NCBI GenBank assembly: GCA_946965045.2 | Contig: OX337242.1 | Coordinates: 1,922,001-1,986,000, forward strand | From: Epithemia pelagica | Lineage: Eukaryota; Protista; Bacillariophyta | Direction: 5' to 3' | DNA: 64,000 nucleotides | Shown: positions 55,401-64,000 of the stretch, one piece after another | Layout of the letters: each line of letters begins with the position of its first letter | Position numbering within the stretch: position 1 is the first letter of the stretch | Position numbers and translations under genes: made by a program | The notes under the pieces: generated by a model | The model's input: only the letters and a program-made list of their open reading frames with translations | Told to the model about the DNA's origin: nothing | Databases searched by the model: none

Positions 55401-56376
55401 CAGAGACAACGTCAAAGAAATCTTGATAGGAGTCCAAGCGAATTTTTGTTATCTGCCGTCTGCTCATAATTTCTGCTGAAGAATCTTTCAGCGCGGGAGC
55501 ATTTTTAATAGCGAAACGGATAAGGTTGCGGAACTGAGGTTTCTCCACTGTGATCGCTGGTAGGCAGCAATCATTGACAAACTGGTAGATCAGCTTCTGT
55601 AGTTGCTGAGATGATTGTGATTTCGTAGTGGTCTTTACTCGGAAAGAAGACAGAGTTGATTGGTTGCTTGGTGCTGTCTCATCCTCAAATACAACGTCCT
55701 TGTGATGGTTTTTTCGATGAGTCATGATATTGGACGTCCTCCCAGTTTTATTGCCACACCGCAATGCAGATTGATCCAAAGACTTTTCGTTGGAATAAAA
55801 GCATAAGGGGCAAAGAACAATCCACCGGCTGACTTTCTGATACTTCTCCACAAAGGCGGCATTCTTGCTTTTTGTTGATGTGGCGTTTTCGATCTTGTCA
55901 TTTGGACCAAGAAGTGTAGTAGAAGCAAAATCCTGTATCAGTTTAATGAAGCCGGAATATTGGGGGATATTGCCTTCGTTCTCGAAAATATACTTCTCGA
56001 GTTTCATCCAGTCGATGTGTAGGACCCACTTCCAGTATGGAGAGCAGTTGGACTCAAATATCAGGGGATGGGGACGTTCCAGAAGAGGTACAAGCTGCTT
56101 CTCTTGCTGATATTGCTCGTCCCTGGCTTGCTTGGCTGGAGCCCTTTCCTTCTCAACAATCTCTTTCCGGGCTTCAAGTGCTGATGGCTTCATCTTGATC
56201 GTTGTGGGAGTGGTCTTTTTGGAAGAGGAAGAGGAAGGCTTCTTGGATGAAGACGATGACTTCTTCTTTGAACCTTTGGTCTTTGATGGAGGAGTCTTCT
56301 TGTTGGATGTCTTGTCAGTGGCCTGGGTGGGAAGAGAATCCATCTTGTCCGAGGGATCTCCCATAGGTGCAGACAT
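52426..56376 (-). CDS. hAT transposase (1316 aa) with BED-like finger and acidic tail
   Basis: CPLC...H...H; VCHDIW, VNDNTT, CDMH, LPNDTR and WW...P.TNAFQERIFS. Confidence 0.93.
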   Translation of the reverse strand: MSAPMGDPSDKMDSLPTQATDKTSNKKTPPSKTKGSKKKSSSSSKKPSSSSSKKTTPTTIKMKPSALEARKEIVEKERAPAKQARDEQYQQEKQLVPLLERPHPLIFESNCSPYWKWVLHIDWMKLEKYIFENEGNIPQYSGFIKLIQDFASTTLLGPNDKIENATSTKSKNAAFVEKYQKVSRWIVLCPLCFYSNEKSLDQSALRCGNKTGRTSNIMTHRKNHHKDVVFEDETAPSNQSTLSSFRVKTTTKSQSSQQLQKLIYQFVNDCCLPAITVEKPQFRNLIRFAIKNAPALKDSSAEIMSRRQITKIRLDSYQDFFDVVSGLITRVRAEYNRLCLQDIPFVTVCHDIWQAKDHDVLGVTVMFIDPRNCKIYRIPIGLADCEGHAATDVANLTETLLLSVTLTKKDLCASVNDNTTAAVLAGKYIVGTDRAGKCDMHKAELVLKHATGLVQRYQNRILMDSNPSFIEFWSIFKKFSAWLMSSKAPRRFQNFRENCESYGCQVIKIPLPNDTRIGGIVLSLETLARLKWAMDQYALLAAGSDPKFAKLYPSEEDWQLLSQYEGILSPLKQVAMTLQSDAPGASSAALLEIFCSYFQATTMSLPPNGENSGVSCIKLAKGSPDQWDARLSIDDLDTFRDTVEFDDLLPGPRLLVRRIISEYKHYLVHRDHDGLKAVCCNPLLANIYENMFVNFGIYNMDTVKEGRRIIIQDMVDKFSNTRVSTIGAAMAAQSNTANKPANKPATRSFNLTAEDDSQTNNKTTKRKTKNVFASMRKSHDLQQQVLLHLSGRASDAASDQEKMRALKKTCTTCYDDFRKNCENHIDNHWESIIRQYSTEEFEKVSKKWDDDETEEFKENCVNRNYLEIGKYFDLLGWWRAHSMMFPYLYPSAIIWLAKPATNAFQERIFSIGTWMHQNKLMRRAHKKTNEMRTMECVNRSLLEEIKKTEIDIANGVSVSNSYVQPPKAKDSPGLEAATQQKQVQLSAVRENANGLASYELSFDHETHLMEDPAVTMSFLETFPERDSSGKVLAGTERDESGRVILKGEEDGEEDDDNAGDPPVGNPPSKGVDTVNDKDATEAVQGLSDGKKKAARPTKPREFVANRIVHVRIKARHEEDSEDESDDQSEPEEDSDEMLRCLMKKGIDNPQVDMDRKEVEDEYDDDLDRDKDNNTVVAVEEGDEEEIVVIETPPKESGRPKESERTKKSVKNKNAEPSTKKRKQSKIVPRQGIRKSPRQKKAKTSKSMDSQGHLGKKTSRSLAASLETANTGEKDRQVQDRNEVSDGENESREGSEEGEDNGESAFENTDDDGDSSA

Positions 56377-57071
56377 CTCCCATCGAATACACTGTGCTGA
56401 GGAGGAAGATTGCTGTTGGATTGTTGAAGGATGAGACTCAAAAGATCTGTCATTATACAGAGAAGCAGAGGTGCATAGGTACGATGAGGATCATCCTCAT
56501 CTGTTTTGTTTGGAATTTTGGTGAATTGTGTGACAGAATGCGATTGTAGTCGTACTTTGTCGATTGGATGAGGAGTGACTTTGTACTACAGAGTCGATAT
56601 TACCCATGTCAGGGTATTGACTTGGAGACTAATAGTAAGGAGATCCGTAAGTGAGTTACTTACTAAGAGACTAATAGTACGTCTGAAGAATGAGGGGTGA
56701 CTGACTGTGATGACTGTAGTCGGTGGGGTGAGAAGGCAGTGATTGATTGGCAGACTGAAAGTAACTGGGGAACATATACTTACTGATTTTACTACATGAC
56801 TTCATAGTTAGTCATAGTAAATCATATAGTCATGTATTTTGGCAAATGTGTGATTATTGTACTACACAACCCTGCTTAAAAGGCGAAGGACGGCTGAGTT
56901 CAGTATCCAGTATATTCAGTAGAGACTCGACCCGTAACTTGTAGAGCTCTGACTCGCCGCGTAACTTGTCGACGCGAGGCTGATCCAGGAAGTCATTGGT
57001 GAGCATGCGACACGAAGCAACATAGCGTAGGTAGTCCCAGCCCTCTAGCTTAGGCGAGATAGGTGTATCTC

Positions 57072-57271
57072 CATTCACACCAAGAAGGGATGGAACGGCT
57101 AAGTTCTTAGTTCAATGATAATGCAACACCTCAAAACGCAACGCCATTACTGATTACTGACTCGTCGGGCGCAAGCGCCCTCCTCCGTCGATTCGATCCA
57201 TTCACAACAAGAAGGGATGGAACGGATAAGTTCTATGTTAACGCAACACCTCAAAACGCAACGCCATTACT
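57072..57271. repeat. Two imperfect direct repeats of about 75-80 bp
   Basis: CATTCACA(C/A)CAAGAAGGGATGGAACGG...GCAACACCTCAAAACGCAACGCCATTACT at 57072-57151 and 57199-57271. Confidence 0.85.
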
Positions 57272-57440
57272 AGAATGACAGACACTATGATCCTAAGAGC
57301 TAGAGCTAGAGAGTAGAGAGCTGTGTCCCAACTCCCAACAGCAACAAGCAACAGCTTTTTCTTCATCATCGGATTCAGTTTTGGCGGGTTTTGCCTTTTG
57401 TCCAAACCAAAATCCAATTCCCCCTAGCAAGGCCCGGAAC

Positions 57441-57733
57441 AGCCAGTGGTCGGTATCGACCATGGAACAACCAGCCCCACAGCATCCACTTTGAAGGGTT
57501 GGTGGCCCCTCGCGATTCGACCGCCTCCGGGGGACAAGACGAACCACACTTACATGGGATGTCTGTGCGACACTCGTCGGGCCGTCGTCGCTGTCAATGC
57601 CACAAGCATCATGCTAAGTCTGATGATGCTTGTTGTATTTGAAGTTGACTTTTCCTTTATCCTGAATCAGACGGCCGAGTATGAAGCCGAGCATAGCAGT
57701 GACATGACTGCGGAACAACAACAACAGTTGGAA
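57441..57733 (+). pseudogene. Internal fragment duplicated from the gene at 58292-59008
   Basis: Aligns to 58377-58669 at offset 936 with scattered substitutions; lacks the donor gene's start and 3' half. Confidence 0.85.
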
Positions 57734-58291
57734 TTTGGAATGTTTTGTTTTTGCAAATTGTGGGAAAGGTACCATATTTAGTCGTGGTCACCATGATAGC
57801 GTAAGGCTTTTCTGCTGCTGTGCGGGATTGTGATAGGCCTTGAGCCTTGAGCCTTTCAAGTACCATGGCGCTGGTCCGCGCGCTTACGCGAAACTTGCAC
57901 CCCACCAAAATTCGGGGCAGCGGCAACTTCTGTCATTGCGATGGAGTGGAATAGCACGTGGTCCATAAGAGAGAGTGGACGAGCTCACCGTCATCGAGCC
58001 ACAACTCTAGAAAGGGCTCTTTTCTAATTTCATCATCAATCTTCTCTTCGACATGTATACGAACCAAATCGTTCTTTCACAAAATGGCGAAATGTTGGGA
58101 TAATGTGGAGTACTTCGGAATAGTGGCACGCGCTGAATCGTCCACGCTTTCGATCCTGACCCGAACAGCGCACCAAATCCCTTCATTTTTCTACATGAGA
58201 CAAGATACAAGATCCTTGTTGTGGACAATCGGTGCGACTTTGGGGTCTCGCAATCCTTTTAGGCGATCTTCTCTAATTATCATCAAACAAA

Positions 58292-59008
58292 ATGGCTACG
58301 CCTCATCAACAGGAGACTTTTCAACCGGTTCCGACGACTGAAGAGGGTCTTCTTCCCGGCCAAGCATCCGTTACGCAGCCAGTGGTCGGTATCGACTATG
58401 GAACAAGCAGCCCCACAGCATCCACTTTGAAGGGTTGGTGGCCCCTCGCGATTCGACCGCCTCCGGGGGACAAGACGAACCACATTTACATGGGATGTCT
58501 GTGCGATACTCGTCGGGCCGTCGTCGCTGTCAATGCCACGAGCATCGTGCTTAGTCTCATGATGCTAGTTGTATTTGAAGTTGACTTTTCCTTTATCCTG
58601 AATCACACGGCCGAGTACGAAGCCGAGCATAGCAGTGACATGACTGCGGAACAACAACAACAGTTGGAAGAACGTGTGGCCGACGGTTCCCTAAAAGTCA
58701 TTGAAGATATCCATGAAGCCTTTACCACAGTATCTGTCGTGATGCACATGTGCGGCATTTACGGCGCCTTAACCTTTCGCGCGTGGGGTGTTTACGTGGC
58801 GGCCATGGCCTATATCATCTCGTTTGGTCTCCATTTGTTCCGTCCCACATGGATGTTGGTGCTGCCAGTCCTGTTGGGTTACCCTCATTACTACTTTATC
58901 CGAGAACTCAGGGATGGGACCATGGCGCCCTATAACTATCACAATGTAGCGTTTTGGATTTGCAGTCGGTCGGCCGAAAGACCCTTGTACGCAGACGGTG
59001 AGAACTAA
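58292..59008 (+). CDS. Hypothetical multi-pass membrane protein (238 aa)
   Basis: ATG-started ORF; CLCDTRRAVVAVN precedes four hydrophobic segments. Confidence 0.75.
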   Translation: MATPHQQETFQPVPTTEEGLLPGQASVTQPVVGIDYGTSSPTASTLKGWWPLAIRPPPGDKTNHIYMGCLCDTRRAVVAVNATSIVLSLMMLVVFEVDFSFILNHTAEYEAEHSSDMTAEQQQQLEERVADGSLKVIEDIHEAFTTVSVVMHMCGIYGALTFRAWGVYVAAMAYIISFGLHLFRPTWMLVLPVLLGYPHYYFIRELRDGTMAPYNYHNVAFWICSRSAERPLYADGEN

Positions 59009-60624
59009 CATTCTTACCTGGACCATGTTCAAATATCATGTTGGTGCACACCCCAATCCATCGTGCTCTATACAGCAACGGAGTTAAATTTCGTCTGGAT
59101 GTGTCGTCAAGACATTCTAACTGCTACAACAGACGGATAGTCCGACGAATTGAAGAATGAGCAGTAATATCAATCAAATCACCTTATCGTCTTCATGCAA
59201 TTGTTCTTGGTAGTATTGAAGCGAGACCGAGGGATATATTTTATGGCGAACCGTCCACAACTCTGCCGTGTTGGCGCATTGCGCGTGTCATGCGAAGTAT
59301 CTTCGATTCATTCACGGATCATTCAACATGCTTTGGGTGCTCGGTGATAAACGAAAAGTCGGTAAGTCATTCCAGTTCGTCTTTCGCTTTTAACCGAAGC
59401 TGATGGCATCATGTTCGTCTGCAATCAGAGTCGTCAAACTGGAAATCGCTTGGCGTTTGATTGTTGCATTGATCCAACAACCGCATTGTCACACGGTCGT
59501 ACCTACCAACCGCCGTGCAAGGTGGCAACCAGAGCACCGACGAGACAATCGCAAACCATGCAAACCTGAAGGCTAAAGAGCTTGCTCTTCTTCCACCAGT
59601 GAACGCTTGATGATGAAATCATCATACAAGAGATGATCAACCAAAACACTCGACAAACTCCATGACGTTGTTTCCAATAAAGGGAAAAGAACAACCCCTT
59701 CAAGCTCAATCATGATTCCTGTCGAGATGCTTGGTGTCGTGGACAACTAAAAGCTTCACTTTGAGATATCTTGGAACTTGGAAGCACTGATCAGACACAG
59801 AGATGATTCTCTTGATCGACGAAGAGATGGTACGTTCAATACATATGCATCGTTGCAACCAAGACATCGCAGATCATGGCCATCTTCTTCAGTCAGTGCT
59901 GATACGATTGATCGAAGCAACCGAAGGATCCTGATATCTGACAGACAAGGGACAACTCAACCATTTCTTCTCTCGACGCAAGAAGTTCTGTTGCTTGGTT
60001 CGGGAAGCGAAGAGAAAGATTGCATGAGAAGACTCACAAGTCCCTCGATGGCTTTCCTCGTCCTCATCGAAGCCAACGGAAGCAGTGCGCCGCGAACGTT
60101 CATGGCCAACCAAATCCAGATTTGCTGGTAACCAACCACGCCCATGCCAAAATCGGTGATCCCACGAATTGGTGGCCACGCGAAGATCTCGGATTCCGTG
60201 CTTCCGAGACTCGGAAGCAGATTGTGTACCGATTCAACAGCTCGGATGTGTCCGATCGAAAGACTGTGATATGAAAAGTACAAGTCTACATGACGCAATG
60301 TCGCTTTCTCGGGCACGTCAATATTCATGACGTCACGACGAGAAGCACCAGCCACATCTGGTCGCGGAAGACAGTCGTTGCAAGCCAGTCGTACGATTTG
60401 ATTGGCTGGGATGAGGCCCATAACCTGTCCAAGTTCCGAATAAGGTAAACACGACAGACAGTCACCACATGGACATTGGAGATTGGAGAGGAATCCAAAA
60501 AATAATCTCAAATCACTTTCGCTGTCTCAAATCTCTCATAAAAAATATCTTTGCGAACCAAAAACGCAGATAACAGACACCAGATACATTGCTATTTGAC
60601 GAAACAAATCACAAGTTAATCACT

Positions 60625-63600
60625 ATGGGAAAGAACGCCAGCACCACTGCTAACGATACCATCGATCGTACCAAACTCTTTCCTTGGCATGCTCGCTCGA
60701 AAGAAGAGTGCTTCGCCGAGTTGGGAGTTGGTGCCGATCATCAACGTAATGGATTGAGCTTGGCCGAGGCTCAGCAGCGTTTGGAACGCTTTGGTTCCAA
60801 CAAGTTGACCGAAAAAGAAAAGGTGACGCTGTTGCAACGCATCTGGGCTCAAGTGGCCAATGTCCTTGTTGGTATTCTCGTCTTTGTCGCCGTTGTCTCC
60901 GCTACCCGTGCTGCCACAGCCAACAACAGTGAAGACGTTGTCACAAACACCATTCAAGTTGGAATCATTTTGACCGTCATTGTGTAAGAGAACACTGTCT
61001 CGACGATAACCCAAATTTCTCATTTCATTACTGACCATGACGCTAATTTTGTTTATCTTTAGTATCAATACATGCATTGGTATCATTCAGGAGGGATCTG
61101 CCGAGAAGGCCGCCGATGCTCTCAAAGCCATGATGTCCTCAGATGCCTTGGTTGTTCGTGACGGCAAGGATGTCAAGGTTCCTGCTGACGAGATTGTCCC
61201 CGGTGAAATTGTCAAGCTCAGTTTGGGTGACCGTGTTCCGGCTGATTTGCGCATGTTGGAAGTGTCCAACTTGTCGGCATTGGAAGCGGCCTTGACGGGA
61301 GAATCTGTGCCGATTGACAAAACAACTGATGCTATTGATGTGAATGGAGATCCATCGCAAACTCCTCTTGGTGACCGTCACAACATGTGCTTTAGTGCAA
61401 CTCTTGTCTCGCAAGGAGCGGCAATTGGTGTTGCGGTTGAGACTGGAGACAATACGGAAATTGGTACCATCAATGCATTGGTGAACAAGGTTGAGAAGAA
61501 GAAGACCAATGTTTTGGAGCAGATTGATACCGTGTCCAAGTGGCTTGCTGTGTTTATTGCCTTGACTTCTTTGGCTACATGGCATGTGGCCTTTTTCATC
61601 ACGGACGAGTCTGGTATTGACGCCTTGACGACCGCTCTTGTGTGTGCCGTGGCCATGATTCCTGAGGGTTTGGAAGCAATTGTGACAATGACATATGCAT
61701 GGGCTGTGAAGAACATGGCCAAGCAGAATGCCATTATTCGTGCCCTTCCTGCTGTCGAGACTTTGGGCAGTGTGACTACTATTTGCTCGGATAAGACTGG
61801 TACCTTGACCAAGAACGAGATGACATTGACCGCCTTTGTGACATCCGACAAGCGCTTCCGTTTTGATGTCGACGCATCGCAACGTACACCCAACAACTTT
61901 ACAGTGGACAACTCGTATTTGTCAACGCGTGCTGATCACAGCAAGTACATTCGTGCCAGTGAGGTGATTCGTAATGGACCGTCTGCCCAGCGCCGTACAC
62001 GACGTGGACGCAAGGGGACCTTCCCTTATGGTATTACGCAATCTATGCATCCTACTGTTGAAGATCAGGTTCAAGACGTCCAACAAACTTCTGTAGCTGC
62101 TGCAGTTGATATGAGCAGCAACGGTGAACATCCCGATTCCGAGTTCCTTCGCAAAGCCTTGGGTGGAGGTATTTTGTGCTCCAAATGTGTCCTTGGCGAA
62201 GGTGGAGGTCGTAAGGGCGAAATTGGGAACCCAACCGAACTTTCCATTCTTCGTGCGGCCTACTTTGGTGATGTCGATGTGACTGCTGTCAAGGATAGTG
62301 CTCCAGTGGTAGCGGAAGTTCCCTTCAGCTCAGAATACAAGTTCATGGCGACTGTGCATGAGCCGGTTGCCCAGAATGACACCTCTGACTACATGGACAA
62401 GTTGATTGTACACGCCAAGGGTGCTCCTGACCGCATGATTCCACTTTGCAAGTACCAGGCCAAGAGCGGTAGCTTCAAGGAGGAAGACCTTGAACCATGT
62501 GACAAGGACTACTGGATTGAGCAAATTGCGATCTTGTCGTCGCATGGTCTTCGTGTGTTGGCCTTGACCCGTGGTACACTTGAGAAGGGATCTATCAAGG
62601 CCGGTGAACAGCTTGGTCCCGAGTTTGTGCAAGAACGCGGAGAGCCTTGGTTGACAATTGTTGGTCTTTGTGCTATTATGGACCCTCCTCGTCCGGAATG
62701 TGTGGAAGCTATCAAGGTTGCACATGGTGCTGGAGTTCGTGTGGCCATGATTACTGGTGACCACAAGGACACGGCGCTTGCTATTGGAGGTATGCTCGGT
62801 TTGTTGGACGAGGAGCATCAGGAGGCAGTGACGGGTCCTGAGATGGACGCCATGGACGATGAGGAACTCAAGGTAGCCGCCAAGAAGTACAATGTGTTTG
62901 CCCGTGCTTCGCCTAAAACAAGATTCGCATTGTCAAGGCGTTGCAATCACAAGGCGATGTATGTGGTATGACCGGAGATGGTGTGAACGATGCTCCTGCG
63001 TTGAAGGCAGCTGATATGGGTGTTGCCATGGGCAAGGAAGGAACTGATGTGGCACGTGAGGCATCGGAAATGATTTTGGCGGACGATAACTTTGCTACTA
63101 TTGTGTCAGCCGTTCGCGAGGGTCGTGTTGTGTGGGACAATCTCCGCAAGGTGCTTTTGGTGAATACCCCAATCAACAACGCGCAGGGTATGTCAGTTTT
63201 GTTTGGTTTGTTGTTGGGTTTGAGTGAAACTCCTTTGTCATCAATCCAGGTGTTGTATTGTAACTTGATTTGTGCCGTGACATTGGGCTTTGTGTCGGCT
63301 GTGGAACCCGCTGAAGATGGCATCATGAACCAACCTCCACGTCGTGTGGGCAAGCGTTTGATTGGTCGGTTTTTGTTTTTGCGAATTGCGATTGGAACGA
63401 TCACTTTGGTTGCATGCACGGTTGGTTCAGTGTTCTGGACTGAGGACATGGGCTACACTTTGGAGGAAACGCGTTCTCAAGCGTTGAACGTGCTTTCTTT
63501 TGGTGCCATTGGAATTACGGCCAGTGCTCGTTTTGCCCGCAAGAGTGCATTGCACCCACGCAGTTTCCGTGGAAATGCCTTTGCTTGGTGGTCTTACGCT

Positions 63601-63873
63601 ATCATGGCCATGCTGCAAGTGTTTATCACGTACACTCCTGGTTTGAATGAAACCATTTTCACCATGGACCCAATGGATGGCACCCAATGGGGTATTGTGG
63701 CCTTGTTTATGGTTGTTGTCTTTATTGTGATGGAGGTTGAGAAGTCGATTCGTGGCTTCTTGACGGACCGTCAATACTACGAGGAAGACTACGAAGAAGG
63801 CGACATGATGGTTGACAATACGCCTCTTCCATCGGAAGTGAACCGTTTCGGACGCAACGAAATGGCTCACTAA
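60625..63873 (+). CDS. P2-type cation-transporting ATPase; one intron (about 60984-61062); apparent 1-nt frameshift at about 62915
   Basis: [27 protein letters not shown] and [12 protein letters not shown]. Adding one base to CCTAAAACAAG restores P[11 protein letters not shown]. Confidence 0.9.
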
Positions 63874-64000
63874 GGCTATTTCATCATATCAATCTCAGAC
63901 AGACAGGAATTTTGACAACAGCACCTCTTCTTGTCTATCAGGTGCTTCAACGCCACTAGATCAATAACAACTTATGTATAGAAGTTTTACATTTATTAGG

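Larger units (their letters stand above)
50056..56874 (-). mobile_element. hAT DNA transposon copy 2 (6819 bp), apparently intact, carrying a DNA glycosylase cargo gene
   Basis: Perfect 15-bp TIR CAGGGTTGTGTAGTA (50056-50070 and 56860-56874); perfect 8-bp TSD CTTAAAAG (50048-50055 and 56875-56882); both ORFs uninterrupted. Confidence 0.95.

Noticed and set aside
59500-60520. Short overlapping ORFs upstream of the ATPase
   Set aside because: No family signature, and no strand is clearly favoured.
1-64000. CRISPR arrays, rRNA or prokaryotic operons
   Set aside because: No repeat-spacer periodicity or rRNA-like sequence; genes have spliceosomal introns.

Overview
Eukaryotic, intron-containing DNA that looks like a diatom genome (inferred from a CoDi-type Ty1/copia element, a type III metacaspase and a guanylate cyclase-PDE fusion). 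From left to right: (1) a young copia LTR element (1-5999) with near-identical LTRs, a gag TGA stop in a readthrough context, an unusual tRNA-iMet D-arm-like primer site and a locally scrambled integrase. It sits inside a partial duplicate of a PPR gene whose intact copy is at 20092-23595. (2) A metacaspase and an unknown protein with five RPDDWLG repeats. (3) Two diverged ~6.9-kb hAT DNA transposons in opposite orientation (12954-19889 and 50056-56874). Each carries a hAT transposase with a long acidic tail plus a convergent cargo gene made of a novel Cys/His-rich domain fused to an endonuclease III-type HhH-GPD DNA glycosylase with catalytic Lys and Asp retained. Copy 2 has perfect 15-bp TIRs, an 8-bp TSD and intact ORFs; copy 1 has one in-frame TGA in each ORF. 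This glycosylase-carrying hAT family is the strongest candidate for an undescribed system, possibly anti-silencing or base-excision repair (function is inference). (4) Ordinary host genes: PPR, kinesin-14, globin, GC-PDE, B3GNTL1/QTGAL-like glycosyltransferase, sulfotransferase and a P-type ATPase with a 1-nt frameshift. All calls come from reading the sequence and ORF track by eye; no searches were run.
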